This document shows positions 28,835 through 38,503 of a DNA stretch of 64,000 nucleotides, one piece after another. Made by a program: the position numbers and the translations under genes. Every line of letters starts with the position of its first letter. Position 1 is the first letter of the stretch. Below the pieces are notes generated by a model. That model was not told the origin of the DNA, did not search any database, and saw only the letters and a program-made list of their open reading frames with translations. Origin of the DNA: Candidatus Aenigmatarchaeota archaeon (GTDB taxonomy: Archaea; Aenigmatarchaeota; Aenigmatarchaeia; GW2011-AR5; JACRAC01); the NCBI GenBank assembly GCA_016187395.1, contig JACPJV010000006.1:62345-126344 (forward strand), written 5' to 3'.

Positions 28835-29244
28835 GACTTCACCTCTTTTTCGAACGATTTGAACTCCGGTGAGATTTTTTTGATGGAGCTGAAAGCAGTT
28901 TCCTCGTCAACTGTATTGTACCTGTGAATGAGCACATTCCTCAGGCCATTGGAATCCCTCAGTATGGCCGCTGTTTTTCCTCCTGCAATATTCTTCTCCT
29001 TAAGAAATGTTATGTTGCTGTAGTCGTCCTTTGGAAACGCGCCTTCATCTTTTACAATCATGGCGCAGATGTCTATAGCAGCTTCTGAAAGCTCCTGGAA
29101 TGCCTTGAATATTGCCAGCCGCGTCTTCTCGTTAGCCTCGTCCTTTAGCCATTCTGAAATCTCTGAATACCTCTTTTCCATAAGCTCCAGTTTCTCTTTG
29201 TACCTCGTTGCCCTTGCAGCATCCATGCTATCAATAGTAGCCAT
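28813..29244 (-). CDS. HEPN-domain protein (HepT-like toxin; DUF86)
   Basis: R-x4-H-R-Y motif (RNVLIHRY) near C-terminus. Paired with the MNT gene. Confidence 0.65.
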   Translation of the reverse strand: MATIDSMDAARATRYKEKLELMEKRYSEISEWLKDEANEKTRLAIFKAFQELSEAAIDICAMIVKDEGAFPKDDYSNITFLKEKNIAGGKTAAILRDSNGLRNVLIHRYNTVDEETAFSSIKKISPEFKSFEKEVKSWLKKRL

Positions 29245-29363
29245 GCTTTTTAATATACTAAGGTGGCACTCTATAACAATTCTTTTCAGGCTCTAATTAC
29301 AGGAGGAACTTCGTTCCTCCTTGTATGGGAAAGCACAAATATCATGTTCCGTTTTATTTGTGG

Positions 29364-29410
29364 TTTCACTATATAGTGCTGCAAGGAATAATCATTTTCT
29401 TGTTTCACTC
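29364..29410. repeat. short palindromic repeat, copy C of the 'cactatatagtgctgcaaggaata...ttcttgtttcac' family
   Basis: tttcactatatagtgctgcaaggaataatcattttcttgtttcac immediately 3' of the TadC-like gene. Preceded at 29299-29321 by hairpin caggaggaacttcgttcctcc. Confidence 0.55.
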
Positions 29411-31428
29411 TAGACGTTGAACTGGGTGAGGGGACCGAAGATCAGCAGCGATATCACGGATATGGCTGCGTAGACTATGGGCGATACAAAGAACATGCCT
29501 GAGAGGATTTCAGAACGCCTTATCGGATCTTCGCCTACCTCTACTCCTGAGAGAAGATATCCGTACAAGAACAAGGACTGCGCCACGAAAATAGATACTA
29601 CGACAATAAACTGGAACGGCGTAATGACCAGCTCGCCGAATGCAAAAGAGCCTCCTACAGGCAGCGATGCAAAGCCTGATATCGCGCTTTGCTGGAGCTG
29701 CAGCTGGCCAAGTATTCTTATTATGACGATGGCCATGGTTGCTATAACGCCTGATATAAGAGGCGTGAGGACATATGCCTGAAACTTTATAGAGTTTGTA
29801 ACGCCATGCATTGACCTTTGCACGTATTCCTGCGTATTATGAAGGTCTTTCAAATAGCGCGATATGGACAGCATTGCCGTTCCTGCGTTTGCAGGGCCTT
29901 TTTTGGCTGCCTCTGTTATAGCCTTCATCACAGATTCGATAAGCGTGGATGGGTAGAATCTTATCGCGCCCTGCTCTTTGTCGAAGAATGCCTGCTCAAA
30001 CGTCATCGAGAATTTCTGCATGTTCTGTGCTGCGCGAAGGAACAATTCCCTTATCTTGAGCCCCTCCATCCTTTGTATAGACTCTATCATGGCTTTTTCT
30101 ATAGGCACTCCCGACCTGATTCGCGTGCCCAGCTGGAACAAAGCCTCCTTGAACTCATCTTCTATGGATCTTATGTCTTCCCGCAGCTTCGAACGGCCGC
30201 GGCTTATCAGGAGAAAATAGGTTCCCGGCGCAAGCGTTATTGCCAGCGTGAACAAGAGCGCTGAAAGAACAGAGAAACTGAGGACTGATGTCCCGCCAGC
30301 TTCGACAAAGCCGGCGGTTTCGCTTTCCTGGCATACAATTTTTCCAGCCTGCTCTGTGCACGCAAGGCCTGCACTATAAAGAAATAACGCAAGTGCTGCA
30401 AGAATTATCCCGACCAGAAAAGCCACGGCTGCTGCAGATACAAGCCTTTTGCCCATGTAGAATTTTCCGGGAGGCGGCAGCCTGGGGTGCCTGCTGACAT
30501 CTATCTTGCTGAATGTCACGGGCCTTTTTTCCAGGATGCTTGCCATGAGGAAGAAAAGCATTATCGGCAGGAGTATGTCGTACATCACAAGAAGGGGGAC
30601 AGGCCCTACGGAAAGGAATATTGATATCACAGGAAAAAGAACGAGCCCCATCACAGGCAATATGAGGCCCATTGCGTTCACAGCCATCAGCGGCATGCGC
30701 AGGTTTGATATGTAATTCTGGGATGTCTCCTTGTTTCCGCTAAGGACTATCCTGACAGCCTCGTCCAGCAATGAGTGGAATCTTGCCCCGCTCTGCCTGG
30801 TTGAATTTATGATAAGGCCCACGGCCTCCCCGAACTCCCTGTTCCCTTTCCATTTTTCAGAGTAATCCAGCAGCGCATCCTCAACGCTGAGATAATTTCC
30901 AACACGCACATCCCACAGGAGTTTTGCAAGCTCTACCTGCATTCCGGCTGTTGTGTTTCTCGCTGCAAATTCTACAGCACCTTCCAGGCTTGGCGTGTTT
31001 CGCATGTAGATTACCATGTACAGGATTGCGGAAATCATGTCTGCTCCCACTGTCATTTCGTACCTCTTCTTGAGCCTCCTGGGCGCTGTATAGAAATAAT
31101 AAGCAGCTGCAATGCCTGCCAGCGATATGGACGTTACAAAAAGGATGTCCAGCGCCATTCCAGCAAAGGCTGCAATTATGTAGATTATCACGGGCACAAA
31201 GGAAAGGATTGCAGTAAGTGCTGTGAGAGACGCAACGTCCCTGGGCTTTATGTTAAGATGGGCGAATTCTATCGCTCCCTCCAACCGCTTGTTTTTTGTA
31301 TCTATTTTGAGAAAACTTCCCGCCCTTCTTGCAAGCCTTTCATAAAACGTGTCTTCCCTTATCTTAACAGGGCTGCGAAACTCCCTGTAAGACTCTGAAA
31401 TTATATCCTGCTCCGGCACCGGAATCAA
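29410..31428 (-). CDS. type IV pilus/archaellum-family membrane platform protein (TadC/FlaJ/GspF-like)
   Basis: 672-aa polytopic protein with two GspF-like cytoplasmic helical domains, each followed by TM segments. Directly downstream of the secretion ATPase. Confidence 0.65.
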   Translation of the reverse strand: MIPVPEQDIISESYREFRSPVKIREDTFYERLARRAGSFLKIDTKNKRLEGAIEFAHLNIKPRDVASLTALTAILSFVPVIIYIIAAFAGMALDILFVTSISLAGIAAAYYFYTAPRRLKKRYEMTVGADMISAILYMVIYMRNTPSLEGAVEFAARNTTAGMQVELAKLLWDVRVGNYLSVEDALLDYSEKWKGNREFGEAVGLIINSTRQSGARFHSLLDEAVRIVLSGNKETSQNYISNLRMPLMAVNAMGLILPVMGLVLFPVISIFLSVGPVPLLVMYDILLPIMLFFLMASILEKRPVTFSKIDVSRHPRLPPPGKFYMGKRLVSAAAVAFLVGIILAALALFLYSAGLACTEQAGKIVCQESETAGFVEAGGTSVLSFSVLSALLFTLAITLAPGTYFLLISRGRSKLREDIRSIEDEFKEALFQLGTRIRSGVPIEKAMIESIQRMEGLKIRELFLRAAQNMQKFSMTFEQAFFDKEQGAIRFYPSTLIESVMKAITEAAKKGPANAGTAMLSISRYLKDLHNTQEYVQRSMHGVTNSIKFQAYVLTPLISGVIATMAIVIIRILGQLQLQQSAISGFASLPVGGSFAFGELVITPFQFIVVVSIFVAQSLFLYGYLLSGVEVGEDPIRRSEILSGMFFVSPIVYAAISVISLLIFGPLTQFNV

Positions 31429-31501
31429 CCTTAATAATAATTGATTTTGGGGGTATATAGATTGTCTGGCAGAAATATACTATTCGAATTTCCATCCTCT
31501 C

Positions 31502-34500
31502 TTATACCCTAATCATATAATCCTTCAGCCAGACACTCCACCTCTTGTATATCTCTGGGCTGTCCAAAGTTCCGGATTCCCTCAGAACTTCATCCATTGC
31601 AGTATGAAAGGCGGAATTGCTTTTCACCATTGATTCTGCCTCGATCAGCTCAGGCTTGCGCTTTCCTTCCTCAGCAAGCGTATGCAAGATGCGGGAACGT
31701 AAATTCACGTTGTCCCAGACTGCTTCCCAGTTCAGGCTCCACTCCTTGACTCTTGATGCAATATTGTTCAGCACTTCGGATTCTCCTGTCAGCAGGGTCT
31801 GCGTGGGTTTTAGCTTGTCTTCAGCTGCATTGTACTGCATCAGAGGCACGAATCCATTCTCCTGCAGAGGATCCTTTTGCCAGTGCTTCCGGACTTCGGT
31901 TATCTCGACGATCCTCCGGAACGTTCTCAGGCCATCCGGAGACCGCAGGGTGTTTGCGATTATCACTATGTCCGTTGCCTTGAACGAGGTGGGAGGAACG
32001 CCCAGATCATTAACAACGCGGTCAAAGACGCCGTATGCAGACTCGCCGTGTATGGTTCCTGCCACCACGTTTGCCAGAGCTCCTATCCTCATTGCCTCAT
32101 ATAACGCAAGCGCCTCGCGGCTGCGGACCTCACCTACTATCAGGGCTGAATCTCCCAGACGCAGCGCTGTGCGCAATGCCTCTTCTGCAGGCAGCTCTGT
32201 TTCTATGCGCGTTATAACCGATCGAGACTTCAATCTTTCAACGTTGAATCCTATATCGCGAAGAGAGTTGACAGGCAGCTCTAGAGTGTCTTCCACCGTA
32301 ATCACCCTCACGTTGGGCATTATCTGCACCATGCAGCTGCCCAGGAAGGATGTATTATGCGCTATTATGCCGTTTGCCACAAAATTCGGGCTGCCCTCCA
32401 CTTCGATATCATAGACAAACTCCTCTTCGGGTTTAATGTGCTCTATCTTTGCTATCTTGTCCCAGAATATATCAGAATCCGCAAGCTGCTTTATCATTTT
32501 TATGTTCCTTTCGGCCTCGCTGATTTCTCTGCATATTATTTCCAGTCCTTTGCATATGCCCTCCACAATCTTCAGCCGTGGCCGTCTGTATCTGCCTCTT
32601 GCTATTCCGGAAATAGTTCCTACGCTTATTCCTGATGCCTCTCCCATGCGCTTATGCGATATTAATTGCACGGCATGCCTGAGTGAGTTGAGCATTTTTG
32701 TTTCGTCGGAAATTTCTGCTCTCATACCGAAATATCCGAGAATTTTTCCCGATGTTTCGGGTCGCGGATCCGGACATCCTTTCTTGTATTTTTTGAATAT
32801 TCGTGCGCTTATCCCTGCTCTTCCGGCAGCTTCTGCAAGATTTGCGGGCAAAGGATTGTCTTTAACAAGATTTGCGAGCATCCTGGTTTTGCGCGCATAC
32901 TCGGTTAAATCATAATGCAAACTATAAATCAGGCTTAAATTATGCAGCCTTCTTTCCGCAAGAGATACGAATTTTCCCAGCTTTTTTCTTCCAAAAGAAC
33001 AAGTTTCGTTGCAATATACCCAAAACTCCCCGTGGGTTTCTATCTCCAGTGCCTTTATTGTTTTCTTCACAACAGCGCCTACGCCGGGCACTGTATCCAC
33101 GTTTGTGTAATGTCCCTTTCTGATTTTCCCGATTTTGGACTGCAATATAGCATGCTTTCTCGGGTGCAAAAATCCTATTTCCCGCGCGAAAATGTCAATG
33201 TTTTCGCCTGTAATCATGATTCTATGATATTCCTTTCCCTTCACAATCTTAGGTTTCAGAAAGCTTATTATTCCGAATTTTAGAAGCATAAGCTGCATTT
33301 TCTGTGCAACATCGCGGCTTGCTGTAGCGAATTCTATGCCCCTGTCTCCTACGCTACCGTCGCAATCGAAATATGCGCGTATGAATCTGCTTGTATTTTC
33401 TTTGCTCATTCCCAGCGTCCATGATGGCAATACGAAGTTTTCTGACTTCTTTCCGATGGGGAAGCCAAAAACCGATCTGAAAACCTTTGCCAAAGCATTC
33501 GACCGTATGACAACCATAGGCGAACGCTTTTTCGGGAAATTTGTACTTGGATCATGCCCGAAACATTTTTTCATCAGTAATCCAGCCCTGTTTCTCATTT
33601 CTTCCACGGTATTGAAGAATGCCACTTCTGCCATATCCACATGGCCATCACCTGCCAGATAACCAAGGAGCTCTGCGAGTTCGGGGGTAATCTTCTTAGG
33701 CACTTTGACTGCAAAGCCGGCTGTCTTGCTTTTTATCCACAATTCTTCCGGAGAAGCTTTCAGCAGGCTTAGAGGCACTGCCTTTGCTTTCTCATCCATT
33801 TTGACATAAATGCCTTCTTCGTGCTGCAAGGGCGCTAAATCGAAATTCTCAAAACTGTTGGCGTGGGGGAGCATCCTCGCAGCGGCTATGCAGCTTCCTT
33901 CGCAAAGCATTTCGGCTCTGATTTCCTTTATTCCGTTATCAACAGTAAAATAGATGTGTTCCGGGGTTGTTGTTATTGTCCTTCCAGAAGCTGTTTTTAT
34001 CCTAATAAGTTTTTTCGGCGCTCTTCTCTTATATAATGCCTTTACCTTATGCTTTTTCATTCTCATATCCTCTCCAAGAGAAGTTACGTGCAAATCATCT
34101 GGAGTGCAAAGAAAACCATCCTCGGTGTTGATTGCCTTTTCCTTTATTTGGTATTCTACTATATCCTTAATCTTAACAAGCTCGCCGTTTCCCATAGAGA
34201 TTATGCTGTTTCCCTCTACACACTTTCCGCTGCTGCGCGTACCTGCCACGAGGATGGTCCGTGCGCCGTCAATCAGAAACCATATAAGCCCTGCGCTGAA
34301 GGCATCAAGCATCTTTGTATTTATGAAAAGGGGCAGTGTCCAGGGTTTTTGCCTGAACCGCCTAAGTGCGAAGGCAATGCCGTCCGGCGACAGCGGCCTT
34401 GTTATCGCAGCTACTCTGGCGCGACCTCCCTTCACTTCTATTTCTGTATCCAGGACAGGGTTTGCCTCGTCCAGCGGCCTTCCGCTCTGTATCCTGAAAC

Positions 34501-35641
34501 GCGTTGCCCATGCCTCTGCATCACTGGCGCTCGGATAAATGTTTGTTATACAGTCTCCAAATTCTGCGTGACGGATGAATACAGGAATTGCACCGACAGG
34601 GGAGTTTATGAGGATGTCCTGGATATTTTCATCTGCCAGCAATATTTCTATTATGCCCATTCCTGCTGTGTACCTTGCAAGTATGTTAGCAAGCCTCTGC
34701 ATCCCCTGCTCATCAATATCCTTGTTCTCGGTCTGGGATATGTCCCTGATAAGATCCACGGCAAGGTTGAACATGTTTTTGCGGAAAAGATCGGGCTCTG
34801 CTAATTCTGCTTCAGACGGCTCGTGCGCCCCTATGTACCTTCTGGCTCTTTCCAGAATTTCATATTCCTCGTAATTCATATTGAACTCTCCTGCTGACAG
34901 GTGATAGAATCTCTCCACCTTTCCTGCGATGCGAAATATTGAAATTATGGCGTCGCCGACCCTGTAGCGGTCGATGAGCTCTGCGTTTTCCGGAAAGCTT
35001 GTCTCCAGCCTCGTATACATGAAAGTAGGCCTCGTTGAGGGTCGGAACAGCTTTCTATAGATCGTCCTTCCCCTTATTTTCAGCTCCCTTGCGCGCTTTA
35101 TCATTGCGGTTTCCTCGAACATCTTTCGAAGGGGCATGAGGACTTTCAGCAAATAGTGAGTAAAACAGACGCGACATGCGTTCTTGTCGCCACCCTTTGT
35201 TTCCTCTATATCTTCGCCTTCTTTCAGCTTTTTGATTTTATGCTTTATCATCCTCGTTTCTCTTACAACTGTGAGGTATGCAGAAACAGGGTCGTATTTT
35301 ATGTTTTCTATTGCTGCCCTGATCTTTGCAAAGGCGTTGGGAAGATAATCCTCGCAATACGAGCCTTTCAGTATGTTTTTCAGCGAGATGAAATTCTGCT
35401 TTCTTATTTCCTCTATCAGGCCGGCTATTTCGAAGAGCATCCTGCACTCTTCATCGCTATACGTGTATTCGCGTGCCTCTGCGACAACGGTTATCCTCGG
35501 CTCTGCCTTTATTTCCAGGATTTTACTTATGAGAGCGCCCATGCTGGGAGCGTAATCCTCGAAGCTTTGCCCGTACGGCACGTTGATTACAAGCCTTTTC
35601 GAATAAGGATCGTAGTCTATGCTGAATCTGCCCAATGCCAT
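31502..35641 (-). CDS. FlaI/VirB11/TadA-family secretion ATPase interrupted by a LAGLIDADG intein in the Walker A loop
   Basis: N-extein ends ...ILVAGTRSSGK and C-extein starts TSFLGSCMVQIMP..., reconstituting the P-loop GTRSSGKT. Intervening 624 aa begin with Cys and end ...VANGIIAHN, with two LAGLIDADG motifs (LLGYLAGDGHV; FIRAYFDCDGSV). Confidence 0.8.
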   Translation of the reverse strand: MALGRFSIDYDPYSKRLVINVPYGQSFEDYAPSMGALISKILEIKAEPRITVVAEAREYTYSDEECRMLFEIAGLIEEIRKQNFISLKNILKGSYCEDYLPNAFAKIRAAIENIKYDPVSAYLTVVRETRMIKHKIKKLKEGEDIEETKGGDKNACRVCFTHYLLKVLMPLRKMFEETAMIKRARELKIRGRTIYRKLFRPSTRPTFMYTRLETSFPENAELIDRYRVGDAIISIFRIAGKVERFYHLSAGEFNMNYEEYEILERARRYIGAHEPSEAELAEPDLFRKNMFNLAVDLIRDISQTENKDIDEQGMQRLANILARYTAGMGIIEILLADENIQDILINSPVGAIPVFIRHAEFGDCITNIYPSASDAEAWATRFRIQSGRPLDEANPVLDTEIEVKGGRARVAAITRPLSPDGIAFALRRFRQKPWTLPLFINTKMLDAFSAGLIWFLIDGARTILVAGTRSSGKCVEGNSIISMGNGELVKIKDIVEYQIKEKAINTEDGFLCTPDDLHVTSLGEDMRMKKHKVKALYKRRAPKKLIRIKTASGRTITTTPEHIYFTVDNGIKEIRAEMLCEGSCIAAARMLPHANSFENFDLAPLQHEEGIYVKMDEKAKAVPLSLLKASPEELWIKSKTAGFAVKVPKKITPELAELLGYLAGDGHVDMAEVAFFNTVEEMRNRAGLLMKKCFGHDPSTNFPKKRSPMVVIRSNALAKVFRSVFGFPIGKKSENFVLPSWTLGMSKENTSRFIRAYFDCDGSVGDRGIEFATASRDVAQKMQLMLLKFGIISFLKPKIVKGKEYHRIMITGENIDIFAREIGFLHPRKHAILQSKIGKIRKGHYTNVDTVPGVGAVVKKTIKALEIETHGEFWVYCNETCSFGRKKLGKFVSLAERRLHNLSLIYSLHYDLTEYARKTRMLANLVKDNPLPANLAEAAGRAGISARIFKKYKKGCPDPRPETSGKILGYFGMRAEISDETKMLNSLRHAVQLISHKRMGEASGISVGTISGIARGRYRRPRLKIVEGICKGLEIICREISEAERNIKMIKQLADSDIFWDKIAKIEHIKPEEEFVYDIEVEGSPNFVANGIIAHNTSFLGSCMVQIMPNVRVITVEDTLELPVNSLRDIGFNVERLKSRSVITRIETELPAEEALRTALRLGDSALIVGEVRSREALALYEAMRIGALANVVAGTIHGESAYGVFDRVVNDLGVPPTSFKATDIVIIANTLRSPDGLRTFRRIVEITEVRKHWQKDPLQENGFVPLMQYNAAEDKLKPTQTLLTGESEVLNNIASRVKEWSLNWEAVWDNVNLRSRILHTLAEEGKRKPELIEAESMVKSNSAFHTAMDEVLRESGTLDSPEIYKRWSVWLKDYMIRV
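32354..34225 (-). other. intein (624 aa) with LAGLIDADG homing-endonuclease domain, inserted in the ATPase P-loop
   Basis: Codon boundaries checked on the nucleotide sequence: Cys codon tgt at 34223-34225 (minus strand), terminal Asn codon at 32354-32356, followed by Thr (+1 nucleophile). Confidence 0.75.
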
Positions 35642-35712
35642 AATTTAATTATGCAAAGGCGGTATAAAATTGTTTTAAAACGACTTTTATGATCCTAATC
35701 TATAGTTTTTAC

Positions 35713-36438
35713 ATGGTTCTGAAACGCACGGCAGTTATAACAGGCGGCAGCGAAGGGATAGGACTTGCCACAGCCTTTGCATTCATGCAAGAGGGTTGCA
35801 GAGTAGCTATATGCGCCAGAAATCAGAAGAGGTTACGAGCTGCAAAGGAACGGCTTGCAAGAACCGGTGATGTTCTTGCGGTAAGGTGCGATGTCGGGAA
35901 AAGCGGTGAAGTGAAAAAATTTATTTCTACAGTAAAGGAAAACTTTGGCAAAATAGACTTTTTAATCAACAATGCTGGCGTGCTGCTTGTAAAGGAATTT
36001 GCGAGAACAAGCGAGGAAGAATGGAACTCTGTCTTAGACACTAACCTTAACGGGATTTTCCTCGTGACAAAGCATGCGCTTCCGATTATGCAGAAGAACG
36101 GGGTTATTGTCAATGTATCATCAGGCGCCGGGAAGCGCGGCTTTGCGCATCTGACAGCTTACTGCGCGTCAAAGTTTGCAGTCATAGGACTCACAGAATC
36201 CCTTGCAGATGAATTAAAAGACAGGATAAAGGTTTATGCCGTATGCCCGGGAGGCGTTAATACAAAGATGTATCACTCTGCCTGGCCTGGAACGAATCCG
36301 CATAGCCTTTTGCAGCCTGAACATATAGCGGCAAAAATTCTGCAATTGTGCCTGAAGCAAAAAGCCAGAAGCGGATCAGCTATTGAGATTTACAATATTC
36401 GCGATGCCGTGGAGTACGTGAAAGAACGCTGGCTGTAG
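35713..36438 (+). CDS. SDR-family oxidoreductase (3-oxoacyl-ACP reductase-like)
   Basis: TGGSEGIG Rossmann motif, NNAG, and catalytic S...YxxxK (YCASK). Confidence 0.8.
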   Translation: MVLKRTAVITGGSEGIGLATAFAFMQEGCRVAICARNQKRLRAAKERLARTGDVLAVRCDVGKSGEVKKFISTVKENFGKIDFLINNAGVLLVKEFARTSEEEWNSVLDTNLNGIFLVTKHALPIMQKNGVIVNVSSGAGKRGFAHLTAYCASKFAVIGLTESLADELKDRIKVYAVCPGGVNTKMYHSAWPGTNPHSLLQPEHIAAKILQLCLKQKARSGSAIEIYNIRDAVEYVKERWL

Positions 36439-36478
36439 CGTGAATCTGTATTTATATTAATGCCCCAAGATTTTACTC

Positions 36479-37072
36479 ATGATGCCCAAAGAGAATGACC
36501 CTAATGCTGTCAGGGAAGCTGTGCTTTGCCTGAAAAGAGGCGGCGTTGTGATTTATCCCACTGAAACAGCGTACGGCATGGGCGTGGATGCAACCAATGC
36601 GAGAGCAAGAAGAAAAATCTACAGAATAAAAAGGCGTTTTGCATGGAAGAAACTTTCGCTGATAGTTGCAAGCAACGCAATGGCGTCCCGATACATACGC
36701 CTGGACAGCGCGGCCAAGAAGCTGATGAGAAGTTTCATGCCAGGCCCTCTCACAATAATTTGCGATGCGAAGCGCTCCGGCAATATTGGAAAGGATGTGG
36801 CTTTTCGCATACCGCGCCAGAAATTCGCCCTGCGCATGGTTCGCGCGTTTGGAAAACCCGTGACCGCAACAAGCGCTAACCTGTCTGGAAAAAGCCCTGT
36901 ATATGAAATGAATAAAATAAAGCGCATTTTCCTGAACAAGGCTGACCTCATCGTGGATGGGGGTAATTTGCCCCGCAGGGCTGTCTCCACAATCTATGAC
37001 GTACGCAGGGGCAGGATCTTGCGAAAGGGGCCTATAAGCAGGAAGGACATAGCTAGGGCGCTGGAAAGGTGA
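36479..37072 (+). CDS. tsaC: L-threonylcarbamoyladenylate synthase (YrdC/TsaC/Sua5 family)
   Basis: VIYPTETAYGMGVDATN and SANLSGK motifs of the YrdC fold. Confidence 0.75.
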   Translation: MMPKENDPNAVREAVLCLKRGGVVIYPTETAYGMGVDATNARARRKIYRIKRRFAWKKLSLIVASNAMASRYIRLDSAAKKLMRSFMPGPLTIICDAKRSGNIGKDVAFRIPRQKFALRMVRAFGKPVTATSANLSGKSPVYEMNKIKRIFLNKADLIVDGGNLPRRAVSTIYDVRRGRILRKGPISRKDIARALER

Positions 37073-37097
37073 AAATTCAAAGGAAAAACAGAAAAAC

Positions 37098-37832
37098 TTA
37101 TTTCTTCTGCGTCAGAGCGAGAATCCCGCCGATAATACCGAGGATGCTTCCTATCACTAAGCCGCCGCCTCCAAGGAGCCCTACGATGGAGAAGACAAGC
37201 ACTATTATACCGCCTGTCCTCATGTCTCCCTTGTTCATCTTCCAGGCGCCGAACAGCACAAGCAAGGCAAATATTATGACAACTGCTGACAGCGCTCCGA
37301 GAAGACCTGTGACTGCCCCTGCTCCGGGCACTGCTGAAGCCAGCGTTGCCCCGATTGCCAGCGTGGCAAGCCCCTGCACCAAAATTAGCAGGCCCCCTAT
37401 CAGCGACAGGATAAATGGTGCGTTTGCCATTGAATCACTCCGATTATTTGGGTTGCCGGATTTATATAGCAATTCTGATGTGCTGTAATTCCCGTGCCTT
37501 GCTATTTTTATGACCTTTATCTTGTGCTTCTTTGCATAACCAACGCAGTCTTCCGGCAAAATCTGATCATATCCTAATGCGATAATCTGCGGCTTCTCTT
37601 CCTTTACTGTGGCAACAAAGCTGTCCGGCTTGCCAATAATCACTTTATCCGCTATATGCAGCTCTTCCACGGCTTTTTTCCTGTCTCCCTGCGGGCGCGC
37701 GTAGGGCTTCTTGTTGTGGCTGTCGTTTGCAATCACAACAACCAATTCGCCAAGTTTCTTTGCCTCCCTGAGGAAAAACAAATGTCCTTTGTGAATCAAA
37801 TTAAACTTTCCGCCGCAGAGGACTTTGATCAT
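37098..37832 (-). CDS. cytidylyltransferase-fold nucleotidyltransferase (RibL/FAD-synthetase-like) fused in-frame to a Gly-rich polytopic membrane domain
   Basis: N-terminal CGGKFNLIHKGHL (HxGH) nucleotidyltransferase motif over ~135 aa. From MANAPFILSLIGGLL onward, ~110 aa of glycine-zipper TM helices with no intervening stop. These may be two genes (second start 37427). Confidence 0.5.
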   Translation of the reverse strand: MIKVLCGGKFNLIHKGHLFFLREAKKLGELVVVIANDSHNKKPYARPQGDRKKAVEELHIADKVIIGKPDSFVATVKEEKPQIIALGYDQILPEDCVGYAKKHKIKVIKIARHGNYSTSELLYKSGNPNNRSDSMANAPFILSLIGGLLILVQGLATLAIGATLASAVPGAGAVTGLLGALSAVVIIFALLVLFGAWKMNKGDMRTGGIIVLVFSIVGLLGGGGLVIGSILGIIGGILALTQKK

Positions 37833-37862
37833 AAACTACAATTGAAAGAAGCGATTAAAAGC

Positions 37863-38048
37863 CTATTTTCTTACCACCATGTTTATTATTGTGCCGCATT
37901 TCTTGCATACAACCATTTCATGGTACAGCAACCCCGTTGATACCAATTCCAAGTCTGTTCCTTTCAGCATTTTCTTGCATGAAGGACATTTCCCCACTTC
38001 TTTATCTTTAAAGCTAAGCCCGAGCAATCCTTTGGACATATGAGTCAT
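37863..38048 (-). CDS. zinc-ribbon small protein
   Basis: CPSC...CKKCG four-Cys arrangement in 61 aa. Confidence 0.35.
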   Translation of the reverse strand: MTHMSKGLLGLSFKDKEVGKCPSCKKMLKGTDLELVSTGLLYHEMVVCKKCGTIINMVVRK

Positions 38049-38078
38049 CTATTAATGGCCTATGGGAGTTTTTATTTG

Positions 38079-38474
38079 TCACTGTTCAGGCGGCCTGAAA
38101 AGCCTCTCAGGCACAGGCTCCTCAAAGCACGTGACATTCTCAAAGGAATTCCCGAGGGCGCCTTCCCGGATGGATCCTCCTATTATCGGTGGTATAGTCG
38201 TGACTTTCTGCGAGTTGTTAAACCAAACATAGGCGCTGTCGTCCTTTGTTATTATTGAGTACGATGTTGACTCCTGCGAGGCTATCTCAGTTCTTATGTT
38301 TTCATCTGCTATGTAATAATTCACAATGACATTGCCTTCAGTCTTCTCGCAGTGCAGGCTTAGTCCTGACTCAAACGCGTCGCGCATTGTTTCGAATTTC
38401 AATGGCGCAACCTGGCCTATGCAACCTGATGCCAATATGGCGATAATAATTGCGGCAGCAATCGATGATTTCAT
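38079..38474 (-). CDS. secreted lipoprotein-like protein (131 aa)
   Basis: Signal peptide MKSSIAAAIIIAILASGC with lipobox-like Cys. Confidence 0.4.
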   Translation of the reverse strand: MKSSIAAAIIIAILASGCIGQVAPLKFETMRDAFESGLSLHCEKTEGNVIVNYYIADENIRTEIASQESTSYSIITKDDSAYVWFNNSQKVTTIPPIIGGSIREGALGNSFENVTCFEEPVPERLFRPPEQ

Positions 38475-38503
38475 AGAATGGTAGAATACCGAGAATATTT
38501 AAA

